Assembly: GCA_025558095.1 (NCBI GenBank)
Contig: JAIVFI010000018.1
Coordinates: 658,380 to 722,379, forward strand
Source: Hyaloraphidium curvatum SAG 235-1
Taxonomy: Eukaryota > Fungi > Monoblepharomycota
Length of the DNA stretch: 64,000 bases
Direction of reading: 5' to 3'
Program-made: the position numbers and the translations under genes
Shown here: positions 1 to 10,785 of the stretch, piece by piece
How the letters are laid out: every line of letters starts with the position of its first letter
How positions within the stretch are numbered: the first letter of the stretch is position 1
The notes under the pieces: model-generated
The model's input: only the letters and a program-made list of their open reading frames with translations
Databases searched by the model: none
Told to the model about the DNA's origin: nothing

Positions 1-1
1 C

Positions 2-1960
2 CCCGGCTCCTCCGTCCTCGGCGACCTCTCCCTCTCCACCATCCCCGCCTCCCGCGTGCAGGGCCGCCTCATCAACGCCACCCTGGACGCCAACCGCGTC
101 CGCGGCCGCCTGACGAACTGCACCATCGACGCCGAGAACGTGGTCGGCATGCTGACCAGCGCGAGGATTCCCGCCGAGCGGGTGAGGGGATCGCTGGACT
201 GCGCGACGATCCCGGGGGGCAGCGTGATGGGCGATCTACTGGGTGCGACGATAGGAGCCGGTAGGGTGATAGGGAGGATCACGAACCCCGTGGAGGCGGC
301 GGGGGTGCAGGGTGTGCTCTCGTCGGCGATCATCCAGGGCTCGAGGGTGTTTGGCGACCTGACGAACTGCACGATTTCGGCCGGCCGCGTGGTCGGGGAG
401 CTCGATGACGCGACGATCGCCGCCGGGAGGGTGGTCGGCCTGGAGGCGGTCGCGGTGCCTGCGGCCAACGTGCAAGGGGACCTCTCCAACGCCACCATCC
501 ACGGCAGCAGGGTGCGCGGTGGGAGGATCAATGTCACTGTGGACGCCGCCAACGTCGTCGGGGAGCTGACGGGGGCGACGATCGACTTTTCGCGCGTCAC
601 CGGGGTCCCTCCGCCCGAGGCCGTCAACGCCTCGACGCTCGTGGGGATGCTCAACGCATCGCAGATTGCGGGCCTGGACGCACTGGAGATCGACGGGGCG
701 CAGATCACCGGCAGCTTGGATGCGGCGCGGATCTCGGGCACGTTCGTGTCGGCGACCATCCCCGCTCAATGCATCACGGGGGCCATCAACGCCGGACAAG
801 TCGAAGGCAGCTTTGCATCGGCCATCATCCCAGGGAGCATGGTGACGGGCACGATTTCGGCGGGGCAGATTGTCGGGAACCTGGCGTCGGCGACCATCGA
901 CGGGTCTCACGTAACGGGAGCTCTCAACGCGGCGCAGATCACGGGAACTTTCATGTCCGCCACGGTCAACGCCGCGCAAGTGACCGGGCCCATCACGGCC
1001 TTGCAAGTCACGGGGTGCCTGAGATCGGCCACCATTCCCGGCAGCAGGATCGGTGGACTCATCAATGGCGCGCAGGTCACCGGCACCATCTCCGTCGATG
1101 CCGTTTTCGGGTCCGTGGATGCTGCCCAGGTCACTGGGACTTTCCTGTCGGCCACGATCGCGGGCGCACAGGTGACCGGGGCGATCGATGCCGGCCAGGT
1201 CAGCGGTGTGCTTTCCTCCGCTACGCTCCCCGCGAGCCAAATCACCGGGATGATCGCCGCATCGCAAGTCACGGGGACGTTTACTTCAATGACCATCTCC
1301 GGGGCCCAGGTGACAGGCAACATTGACGCGGCACAAATCAGCGGCACCCTCTCTTCGGCAGTGGTTCCCGCGACCCAGATCAGCGGATTGATCGATGCTG
1401 CACAGATCTCGGGCACCTTCTCTTCCTTGACGATATCGGCTGCCCAGGTGACCGGCAGCATCGATGCGGCGCAGATCAGAGGCATCCTCTCGTCGGCGAC
1501 GATTCCCGGATCCCAGGTCACAGGCAACATGGCCGCAGCCCAGATCACAGGGACCTTTTCGTCTGTAACCGTGCCGGCAAGCCTCGTTACGGGTACCCTC
1601 GCCTCGGCCACCGTTCCGGCCGGGCAGGTCACGGGCACGCTGTCCAATGCCGTCGTGCCCGCGGCGCAGATCACGGGGACCATCCCCGCAGCCAGCATCA
1701 GCGGAAACCTCGACAACGCCTTCATTTCGGGCAGCAACGTCGGGGACCCGATCCTCATCCTCAACGCCCTCGGTCTGTCGCGCGCCAACACAGCAACCTT
1801 GAACGCGCCCTTCGGGGGATCCCTCGCGTGCCCCGGCGGGACGATCCGCATCGGCAGCTGCCCGGAGGTGACGGGCGGGTGCTTCCTCCTCTCATCGGAT
1901 GCGGTGACGTGCGATTACGGAGGGTTTGGGTGCCCGCAGCTGACGACGCTTTGCGCATGA
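2..1960 (+). CDS. 5'-truncated, intronless Gly/Ala/Thr/Ile-rich tandem-repeat protein (putative beta-solenoid/fibre) with short Cys-rich C-terminal domain
   Basis: Frame is open from base 2 (PGSSVLGDLSLSTIPASRV...) to TGA at 1958-1960. It contains 14-aa repeats (G.L.xATI.A.xV.), then alternating 9-aa and 14-aa repeats (G.I.AAQIT / GTF.SATI.G.QVT), and ends in a 6-Cys tail. Confidence 0.75.
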   Translation, partial: PGSSVLGDLSLSTIPASRVQGRLINATLDANRVRGRLTNCTIDAENVVGMLTSARIPAERVRGSLDCATIPGGSVMGDLLGATIGAGRVIGRITNPVEAAGVQGVLSSAIIQGSRVFGDLTNCTISAGRVVGELDDATIAAGRVVGLEAVAVPAANVQGDLSNATIHGSRVRGGRINVTVDAANVVGELTGATIDFSRVTGVPPPEAVNASTLVGMLNASQIAGLDALEIDGAQITGSLDAARISGTFVSATIPAQCITGAINAGQVEGSFASAIIPGSMVTGTISAGQIVGNLASATIDGSHVTGALNAAQITGTFMSATVNAAQVTGPITALQVTGCLRSATIPGSRIGGLINGAQVTGTISVDAVFGSVDAAQVTGTFLSATIAGAQVTGAIDAGQVSGVLSSATLPASQITGMIAASQVTGTFTSMTISGAQVTGNIDAAQISGTLSSAVVPATQISGLIDAAQISGTFSSLTISAAQVTGSIDAAQIRGILSSATIPGSQVTGNMAAAQITGTFSSVTVPASLVTGTLASATVPAGQVTGTLSNAVVPAAQITGTIPAASISGNLDNAFISGSNVGDPILILNALGLSRANTATLNAPFGGSLACPGGTIRIGSCPEVTGGCFLLSSDAVTCDYGGFGCPQLTTLCA

Positions 1961-2098
1961 GGTGTAGCGTATGGAATCGGAACACCATCGACTGTGCACA
2001 AACGAGACACGGAATAAACCCTGCTCGATTCCCGCCTCCCAGCTCACCGACAAATACATGCATCGAGTGAAGCGATTCCCCAATTGTGGCCCGCTTGA

Positions 2099-3307
2099 TC
2101 AGTGCTCTCCCAACCGCGGAGCCCCGCCAGCGATCCGCGGCCGCTCCCCGTCGATCGTGAACGGCATCCCCGTGAGCGCAAAGTCCTCCCCCGGCACGGC
2201 CTGCTGCACGCCGAGCTCGCGCACCTGGGGCTCCTGGAGCACCTCGGCGAGGCTGTTGATCGGCGACGCCGGGACACCGAGGCGCTGCAGCACCGAGAGC
2301 CAATGTTCCCGCGGCTTGGAGGCCAGGATGGGTCGCAGCTCGGCAAAGAGCGCGGGCTTGTTGCGGAGCCGCGCCCGGTTGGTCGCGAACCGCTCGTCGG
2401 TGACCCAGTCCGGGCGACCGCAGGCCTCGGCCACGCGGGCAAATAGCCGGTCGTTGCCCGCGCAGATAAGGATGGGCCCGTCCGACGCGTCGAAAGCCTC
2501 GTAGGGGCACATCATTGGGTGCCCGCTGCGGTGCTTCTCGGGCAGCTTGCCCGTGTTGACGAGCTCGTCGGCCTTTTGGCCGCCCCACATGAGCGCGGTC
2601 TCCAAAAGCGAGCCCTGCACGATGCCGCCCTTGCCCGTCGCGTTCCGCCGGTGAAGCAGAGACAGCATGCCGATCGTAACCCACATGGCCGTACCTTGGT
2701 CGCAGAGCGAAGCCGCGGAGCGGATAGGGGGATCCGACTCGTCGCCGTTCAGCGAAGAGAGGCCCGAGTACGCCTGGATGAGCGGCTCATAGCCTGGTCT
2801 TTTGGCCAGAGGTCCGACAGCACCGAAGGCGGATATCGACGCGTGGATGAGCCGCGGGTGGCGCGCGACCATGGACGGCCCGTCGATGCCGAGCTTCACG
2901 TCCGTTCCCGGCTTGACGTTGTGAACAAAGAAGTCGGCCTGGGTCGCAAGGGCGTCCAGGCGCGTCCTATCCAGCTTCGAGGTCAGATCCAATTCGAGGC
3001 TCCTCTTTCCGCGGTTGAAGTGGTGGAAAAAGAGCGCGTCACCGCGGCGAAACTCCTGCCCCATCCTCCGCGCGTCGTCGCCGCCGTCCGGCCGCTCGAG
3101 TTTGAGCACATCGCAGCCCAGGTCCGCGAGGATCGAGCCGACGTACGGCCCGGCAATGACCTGGCCGAGCTCAAGGACGCGCGTGCCCGCGAGCGGGCCG
3201 ACGGGAACGCGTTGCGGCGGCGGCCACGCGTCACCCGCGGCACTGGCGAAACGACGGGCGCCAAAAGCGTGCGCCGCAACGCGCGGCAGCGGAATCAGCC
3301 GCGGCAT
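2099..3307 (-). CDS. Family III CoA-transferase (CaiB/BaiF), probably mitochondrial, intronless
   Basis: Motifs GPLAGTRVLELGQVIAGP, LADLGCDVLKLERP, FNRGKRS and GYEPLIQA. The ATG at 3307 gives an Arg/Ala-rich presequence-like N-terminus (MPRLIPLPRVAAHAFGARRF). Confidence 0.9.
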   Translation of the reverse strand: MPRLIPLPRVAAHAFGARRFASAAGDAWPPPQRVPVGPLAGTRVLELGQVIAGPYVGSILADLGCDVLKLERPDGGDDARRMGQEFRRGDALFFHHFNRGKRSLELDLTSKLDRTRLDALATQADFFVHNVKPGTDVKLGIDGPSMVARHPRLIHASISAFGAVGPLAKRPGYEPLIQAYSGLSSLNGDESDPPIRSAASLCDQGTAMWVTIGMLSLLHRRNATGKGGIVQGSLLETALMWGGQKADELVNTGKLPEKHRSGHPMMCPYEAFDASDGPILICAGNDRLFARVAEACGRPDWVTDERFATNRARLRNKPALFAELRPILASKPREHWLSVLQRLGVPASPINSLAEVLQEPQVRELGVQQAVPGEDFALTGMPFTIDGERPRIAGGAPRLGEH

Positions 3308-3572
3308 TGTCTCCCGCGGCCGCTGTTTGGTTGTTGGCGGAACTGTTCCTTTGAAGCCGCTGGTGAATCCCACCCCAATGGCTACAGCGTGGGGTTACTA
3401 GGCTTGCTAGTCAGGGTATGGATTGCTGTCGGCACCGTTTTGCCACTCGTCTTCGAAGTGGCGCGGATTCGGAGGCGGCGCCAATCTCGCGCGCGCGCGG
3501 CGGGCCGGCTGACGCCAAAACTCGGGAAGCGGATCCCACTCCTCCCGGTCGCAGAGCGGGCACCTTGCCACC

Positions 3573-4610
3573 ATGTCGTTCAACGCCGACACCTCCGCCG
3601 AGGAGGTCGCCGCCGCGCTGTCTGGGAAGATTGCCGGCAAGAACGGTGCGGAGCGTGGTCTGCCTCCCACTGCTTCTCTGATCCCGCCGAAGTACTCATC
3701 ACGGGTGCCTCCCCGAAGTCCCTGGGCGCCGAAGCGGCGCGCGTGCTGGCCAAGCACGGCGCTGGTCTCGTTGTTCTCGCTGGTCGGAACCGGAAGAACC
3801 TCGAGGAGACCCGCAATGCGATCCTTGCCGAGACGCCGAAAGCCAGCATCCGGCTCCTGGACATTGACCTGGCGGACTATGACAGCGTGCGGAAGGCAGC
3901 GAAAGAGGTCCTCGCCTACGAGGAGCCTCTGAATGTGCTGATCAATAACGCGGCGATAATGGCCACGCCGTACTGGACGAACAAGGATGGTTACGAGGCC
4001 TAGTTTGCCGGCAACCACCTCGGCCACTTCCTGTTCACGAACCTCGTCAGCAAGAAGCTGCAGGGCAAGGACGGCGGGCGGCCCCGCGTCATCAACGTCT
4101 CGTCCAATGGACACTACAACTCGGGCATCCGGTTCGACGACATTGGCTTTGGAAAGGGCTCCACGTACAAGCCCTGGGAGGCTTACGGTGGGATGGAATC
4201 GTGCGGCCCCTGCTGTCTGTCTGAAGTCAAACTGCCAAACACCAGGCCAGAGCAAGACGGCCAACATCCTCTTCTCGCGTTCCCTGGCCGTCAAGCGCCC
4301 TGACCTCGTCTCCTTGTCCCTGCACCCCGGCGTCATCCTTACCAACCTGGGGCGCGACCTTAACCCCGAAGCTCTACAGTACCTCCTTGATCTGGGCATC
4401 ACGCCCGACAAGTTCAAGTACAAGACCCTGGGCCAGGGCGCCGCCACGCACATCGTGGCCGGCTTCGACGCCGAGGTGGAGAAGAGCAACGGGGCCTACA
4501 TGGAAGACTGCAGGGTGGCCGAGGAGGCGTGCGCGCCGCACGCCAAGGACATGGAGGCGGCGGAGCGGCTGTGGCAGCTTTCGAACGAGATGGTCGGCGA
4601 GGCGTTCTAG
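3573..4610 (+). pseudogene. Short-chain dehydrogenase (retinol-DH/WWOX-like) carrying one in-frame TAG at 4001-4003 (nonsense allele or sequence error)
   Basis: Spliced product (intron 3646-3692 and a second of ~60 bp near 4188-4245) reads VLITGASPKSLG, NNAAIMA, GYEA*FAGNHLGHF, AYGQSKTAN and LHPGVI. Confidence 0.75.
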
Positions 4611-4770
4611 ATGCACAAGAGCTCATAGATCTTGATGAACGAGGAGCTTTTTCGATCTTTCCAAACACGTCATCCTCTGCCCGCAGATATCCGGGCGTGG
4701 CAAGGTCGGCAACGCGTCCAAACAAACCGGGCCGGGAAATCTCCATCCTACGAACCCGCCGACCGCAGCA

Positions 4771-7662
4771 ATGACACTCAGGTGTGTTGGCTTTTGTCGT
4801 TCGGAAGTTGCAGTGCAGTTACAGTGTCTCATTCCCGGCGTCCGACGCTCCGCTACTCGGAACCGTTGTGTCTCCCACTCCTCCGCTGCCTCGCCATTCG
4901 CCGCCCGCAACGCGTTCCTTACGCGACCAGGTTCGACGGCCAGGTTGCCATCGTCACGTAAGCTACTGTTGCCGTGTTCTGGCGTCCCAATCCCCTCAAT
5001 GTTTTGCCAGCGGAGCCGGCAACGGCCTCGGCAAAGCCTATGCGACACTCCTCGGGGAGCGCGGCGCGACCGTCGTGATCAACGACTACGGGATCAGCCC
5101 GCATGGGCGCGGGACGGGCTCGAGCCAGGTCGCGGACCAGGTCGTGGAGGAGCTGAGGGCCAAGGGAATCAAGTGCTCGGCGAACTACGACGACGTCAGG
5201 CAGGGCGGCAAGATCGTGCAGCAGGCCATGAAAGAGTACGGGCGCGTGGACATCATCGTGAACAACGCCGGGAGTTCGTGCGCCGTCGGCCTTCGAGGGC
5301 TTCTTCAGTCTGATCCACCGCGTTCCGCTCCCCCACCCCCTTCCTCCCCCCACCCCTTCCACTCACACCCCCTTCGTTTTCAGTTGGCCGCGGCAAGCCG
5401 TTCGAGACCTTCCGAGATGAAGATGACTGGGACATGCTCTACCAGATGCACGTCGATGGGTGCTACCGGGTCGTGAAGGAGGCCTGGCCGATCATGCAGG
5501 CCCAGAAGTACGGCCGCATTGTCAATGTCTCGTCCCCGGTCGGCCTCTACGGCATGTTGCCCCAGGGTACGTTGTCTTCGGGTCCCTCGGCTTTATTGCT
5601 GACGTTTGGCTCACCCTTTCCTGAACACCAGCGAGCTACGGCGCTGCCAAGGCGGTAAGGGGACTCTGGCTGGTGCTTCCACTTTTCAGCTCACCGTCTG
5701 CTTGCTTGCAGGCCATCCACGGCTTCACCCTCACCCTGGCTCGCGAGGGCGCCAAGTACAATATCAAGGTCAACAGCCTGGGCCCCAACGCCGTTACGCG
5801 CCTCGCGGCGACCGTCAACATCTTCGGCGAGGCCACCGAGTTCGCCGACCCCTACGGCGCCATCGCCCCGACTGTCGCCTGGCTCTCCCACAAGGACTGC
5901 CAGAACACGGGGCACTTCATCGAGTGCGGGTCGGGGTGGGTCGCGAGGACGAGGATCCAGAGGAGCAAGGGCGTCGAGTTCAGGCCCGACGCGACCTTCA
6001 CCCCGGCCTCGATCAAGGAGGTGGGTCGGTGCTGGTTGCTGGCGTCGGATTCGAGTTCACTCTCGTCCTCCAGCGGTTTCACGAGATCTGTGACTTCAGC
6101 AAGGACGCCGTGGTCCCCGAGATTGTCCAGGCCGGCCCCGGCGGCGAAGGGACGATGGAACGGCTCGCCAGGGTCATGAGGCTGCCCCCGTCCGAGAAGC
6201 AGGAGGAGCTGTCGTTCAAGGGCCGCGTGGTGGTGATCACTGGCGCTGGCGCAGGTGCGTGGTGCACACGTTTTGAACCAAGACACTAGTTGACTCGCTA
6301 TCCCTTGGCAAGGCCTCGGGAGGGCGTACGCTCACGTGAGTGAAAATTTTCTGTCGAACATCCTCGAAAAGCTCACCGTTGCCTTCCCAGTTGTTCGCCA
6401 AAGCGGGAGCCAGCGTCGTCGTCAACGATCTCGGCGGCGGGCGCTTCGGCGAGGACGAAAAGGAGGCCGTCCGGCCCGCCGACGTCGTCGTCGACGAGAT
6501 CCGCAAGCTCGGCGGCACCGCCGTTGCCAACTACTCGTCCGTGGTCAACGGCAACGAGATCATCGACACAGCCATCAAGGCTTTCGGGCGGGTTGACGTG
6601 GTCATCAACGTTGGGTCGATTCGATTAGGGGCCTACCTGCTGCGGTCTGCTGACCAAGTCGCACCTACAGAACGCAGGCATCCTCCGCGACAAGTCCTTC
6701 ATGCGCATGTCGGACCAGGACTGGGATCTCATACAGCAGGTCCACGTCAAGGCGAGCATCTTCTTGCGGTCGCACGTCGGTGGCGCTAAATGAGATTGCA
6801 GGGTGTCTACAAGGTCGCCCGCGCCGCGTGGCCGCACTTCATCAAGCAGCGTTTCGGACGCTTGATCAACACGGCTTCGTCCGTCGGTCTGTATGGGTTG
6901 GTGCTTTGCCTGCGATGCAACCTGCTTCGTTGCTCACGTACTTCATGTCATTCATGGCATACAGCAACTTCGGCCAGGCAAGCTTCTTCGAAACGACTTG
7001 CGCTCATGGAGAGCTGACACCTGCCCTCGCCTAGGCGAACTACAGCGCTGCCAAGCACGCCATGGTCGGGCTCTCCAACTCGCTCGCCCTCGAGGGAGCT
7101 AAATACGGCATCACTGTGAACACTCTCGCGCCCGGCGCCGGCACCCGTCTCACGGCCACCGTCATGCCGCCTGAGCAGGTCAGTGCAACGGCAAGCGAAT
7201 CTCCGCTTGGATCTGACTGTTCCTGCTCGTCAGGTCGAGGCCATGAAGCCCGACTTTGTCGCCCCGCTTGTCGGCTTCCTGGTCCACGAGAACACCTGGG
7301 TCACGGGCCAGATCTTCGAATCCGCGAGGTTGGTTGAGGGAATCCCGACACGGGGCCTGGTTACTGACGAATCGATTCCAGCGGCTGGAATGCCATGGTC
7401 CGCCGCCAGAGGTCGGGAGGCCACTTGTTCCCGGTCCCGCACACGGTCGAGGATGTCAGGGACAACTGGGCCAAGATCAACGGTAGGAGTGCTTCAGAAG
7501 GCTCTTTCGTCACTAGCCTAAAGTGGTGGTTGCCCAGACTTCGACGACGGCCGTGCCGAGTACCCCACTTCCATCGAGGACGTCGTGGCGGCGATGCGCC
7601 GCGGCGCCGCCTACAACCGCGGGCTCAGGGACGGCAAGAAGTCCGCAGGCGCCAAGCTGTAA
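4771..7662 (+). CDS. Peroxisomal Fox2/MFE-2-like protein with two tandem hydroxyacyl-CoA dehydrogenase (SDR) domains, no hydratase domain, PTS1 -AKL
   Basis: Multi-exon. Domain 1: [23 protein letters not shown]...VNNAG...YGAAK. Domain 2: [14 protein letters not shown]...[10 protein letters not shown]...NFGQANYSAAK. Ends GCC AAG CTG TAA. Confidence 0.88.
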
Positions 7663-7674
7663 TCCCCGCCGAAT

Positions 7675-9279
7675 CTACTCCGTCGCCGCGCCAGCCCTGC
7701 TCCAGCCCCATCCCCAACCGGACATCTCCAGCAGCCGCGACCGCGCGCGGCCGACGGAGAAGCCCACGTCCCTCTCGCCCGCCCCGCCGCGGGCAAGGGA
7801 GGCGCCTTCCAGGCCCGTGGCGGACCATTCGGTGCCGCCCGCGAAGTAGGTCGTCGCGTGGGCCGAAGAAGATCCTCCTGCGCCGCGCACCTCGATCTCC
7901 AGGGGAGCGGGCAGCGCCGCCGCGGATTCGGCGGCGAAGACGTTGCGCAGGAGGGAGATCTCGTCCGCGGCCCTGTCCGGCAGGGACGACGGGACGAGCA
8001 CGACCCGCACCCCGGCCTCGTAGGCCACGTCCAGCAGCACCACGAACCTGCGCACCGGATCCAGCCCCGACGGCGTGTCCGGCACCGTGATTGGGTACGG
8101 CGCCTCGGTCACGGCGATGAAGGGCGGGTGCCCTTCCGACATGCCGCGGAGGTGCGCGCACAGGGCGCGGTAGTCGCTCGCCCCGCGGAAGCCGAGGATC
8201 GCGTCGCGCCAGGGGAGCACGGCGCCGGCGATCGGGCCCGAGATCAGGTTGGGCAGGGGGAAGGTGCGCCCGTGGATTTCGATGGGGATGGTCGCGGGGC
8301 CCGTGAGGTGGGAACCGGCGGGGAGAGAGCGCACGAGGGAGTCCAAAGTGGGGTAGATACCGCGGAGCGCGGGGCCGGTGCCGGCCGCAGGCGCGGCGGA
8401 GCGCGTTTCGGCCGCGTGCTCGCGCCAGTCCTTCCCGTCCATCCGAAAGATCTTCCACCGCATGTCATCGATGCCCTTGAGCACCTGCCGCCGGTTCAAT
8501 CCGCCCTCGTAGAGCTCGGAAGGGTGGCGGTTCGAGGTCACGACGATCACTGCCTTGTGCGCCCTCCACGCCGCGAGCACGCGGAGCACGAGCAGGGCGT
8601 CGGCTGGATCCGTCAGCTGAAACTCGTCCAGAATGACTACGAAGCCCGGGGAGGGATGTGCCGGGGGATGGGGAGTCCCAAGACGGTGGACGCCCGTTGA
8701 GGTCAGAAAGGACCTCGCAGCGGCGTCCACGGGGTCGTGTCGTCCCTGCTGTTGTCGGAGCAGGAACAGCCGACGGTGCAAAAGTGCCGTGGCATCATGG
8801 AAGTGGTATCGAGCCCTCATGTCGTGGGGCAGGGACGCGGCGAAGAGCTCGGCCAGGAGCGATTTGCCGGTGCCGACGCCGCCGTAGATGTAGAGGCCCT
8901 CGGGGGCCTCCACCGCACCGCTCGGCTTGGACCAATATGAAGTCAGGTTTGTCCTCAAGCCGTCCAGCTCCGATGCGAGAGCGAGCTGCGCCGGGTCCGC
9001 GTCGACGATCCCCTTCGAAGCGAGGGCTCCGTACCGGGCCAGCACGCCGCCTGAGCCATGCTCTGAGGCGGTGGCGTTGACCCTAGCCTTCCGGCCGAGG
9101 GATATCCAGGGGCCAGGGCCTCCACTTTGAAGCGAATCGGCGTGGAGATCCGGCTGTACGGGAGAGTAGCCCCGGCGTCCAAGGAGGGCTCCGCATTGTT
9201 GGGGGAGACTCCAGGCACCGGAAGGCAAGCACCGAGACGCCAAAGAGCGCCCCGCTCTCGCCGATGTCCTCAAAGCCAT
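7675..9279 (-). CDS. AFG1: AFG1/ZapE-family mitochondrial ATPase
   Basis: Walker A GLYIYGGVGTGKS, Walker B ILDEFQ, VTSNRHPSELYEGGLNR and RRFVVLLDVAYE. Presequence-like N-terminus. Confidence 0.85.
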   Translation of the reverse strand: MALRTSARAGRSLASRCLPSGAWSLPQQCGALLGRRGYSPVQPDLHADSLQSGGPGPWISLGRKARVNATASEHGSGGVLARYGALASKGIVDADPAQLALASELDGLRTNLTSYWSKPSGAVEAPEGLYIYGGVGTGKSLLAELFAASLPHDMRARYHFHDATALLHRRLFLLRQQQGRHDPVDAAARSFLTSTGVHRLGTPHPPAHPSPGFVVILDEFQLTDPADALLVLRVLAAWRAHKAVIVVTSNRHPSELYEGGLNRRQVLKGIDDMRWKIFRMDGKDWREHAAETRSAAPAAGTGPALRGIYPTLDSLVRSLPAGSHLTGPATIPIEIHGRTFPLPNLISGPIAGAVLPWRDAILGFRGASDYRALCAHLRGMSEGHPPFIAVTEAPYPITVPDTPSGLDPVRRFVVLLDVAYEAGVRVVLVPSSLPDRAADEISLLRNVFAAESAAALPAPLEIEVRGAGGSSSAHATTYFAGGTEWSATGLEGASLARGGAGERDVGFSVGRARSRLLEMSGWGWGWSRAGAATE

Positions 9280-9424
9280 GTCCTGCGGAGGGAATCCCAC
9301 GGTCTCGCGGGAATCGGATCGCGGTCGTGTTTACCCGCGAACTAGCCGAATTCGCTAAGGACCGTTGGACCCCCACCAACCTCGCTCAACGACTACTGTT
9401 CCGCGTCCGCGGTCCATCGCCGCG

Positions 9425-10613
9425 ATGTCTGATTCCGACTCGGACTCCGAGTCGCGGCTCTCCCTCCCCCTGGACTCGGTCTCGTCCCCCGTCGCCGGGC
9501 CCTCCTCCGGCCGCCCGCCCCGAACACCCTCGCCGGAGCCTTCTGAGGAGTCGGACCCCACGTACGACCCGCTGACGCCGCCAAGGACGCCCAAGAAGGC
9601 CGGGCGGCACGAGAAGCACGCCCCGTGGACGCCCAAGAAGGGGCCGGCCAAGAAGCACCCCGGCTTGGTGTTCCCGGAGGTCGGCATGAGGAGCTGGATT
9701 GACGAGGGCGCCATCGGCGAGGACGAGTGGAGGGCGAGGTGGGAGGCTCGTTGTTTGGTGGGCTGCGGGGCCTGAGGACCGGCCTCGCGCAGCCCTTCCC
9801 AGGGGACGAAGAGGCGCCGCGTCGACTACACTGAGGCCGACCAAAAGGTCATATTCAACCACCTCTACTCCGTGGCCGGCCTCGAGATGGAGACGTACTC
9901 TGGCAACGGCATCTTCAAGGATATCGCCAATCTGGTGGGCTTCCCCCGCTTCTCGCTTCTTTGGAGGCCCACCCTCTGACTGCTCGTAGTACCCACGGCA
10001 CACCTGGCACTCGTGGCGCGAGCACTGGGTCCGCGTCCTCGTGCCCCGCCTCGGCCCGGCCATGGACGAGCACCTGCCCACGGGCTCCCGCGCGCCGCGG
10101 ACCGACGAGGGGAAGCTGGAGCTGGCGAGGCGGATCGCGGCCGACGTGCTGAGCGCGGCCAGCCGGCCGGAGTTTCCCAAGGCCAAGATGCCTAGGAAGC
10201 CAAGGGCGGCGCCACGGTCGCCCCGGTCGCCGTGGACGCCTTCGCGGGCCCCGCGCACGCCATCTCGGGCCCCTCGGACCCCGATTCAGACTCCGCGCCC
10301 CGCACGGCGAGCCCAGGCGACCCGCGCCGCCACCCCGGAGGCCGAGAGACCCCTATACGTCGCAGAGATCGTGCGCACGCCGCACGGCTGGCTCTCCCGG
10401 CCCGTGGACCCCGCCGAGGCGCGGACGCCGGTGCCGCAGTGGCGCCTCCGCGACGGGGACGACGATTCCGGCGCCTTGCCGTCGCCGCCGCGGACGCGGG
10501 AGTACTGGACGCAGTCGCAACCCGCGTCGGCGTCGTTCCCGAGGGACAGCTACGTGAGGAAGATACTCGAGGAGGAGGAGGGTGTGGTGGATTCGGCCGA
10601 GGAGGAGGAGTGA
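9425..10613 (+). CDS. Low-complexity nuclear protein with a Rap1-type Myb domain
   Basis: With introns 9739-9792 and ~9935-9988 removed it reads KRRRVDYTEADQKVIFNHL...YSGNGIFKDIANLYPRHTWHSWREHWVRVL. This matches the Rap1/TERF2IP Myb pattern (R..FT..D...GN..WK....H(S/T)WQS.(K/R)DRY). Confidence 0.65.
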
Positions 10614-10785
10614 AGGCCCGTTTCGATTCCTACCTTTTCTTGTAACACTGCGGATCCATTTGTATCTCACCACGGGCGATGGTTCCGCTACTGCTATGGC
10701 GCTTGTCCAGCGGGAGACTCTCCGTCGATCGAGCTTTGTAGGACACGTGCCCCCCGCACCAATTCTGCAACGGCCATCGGACGCG

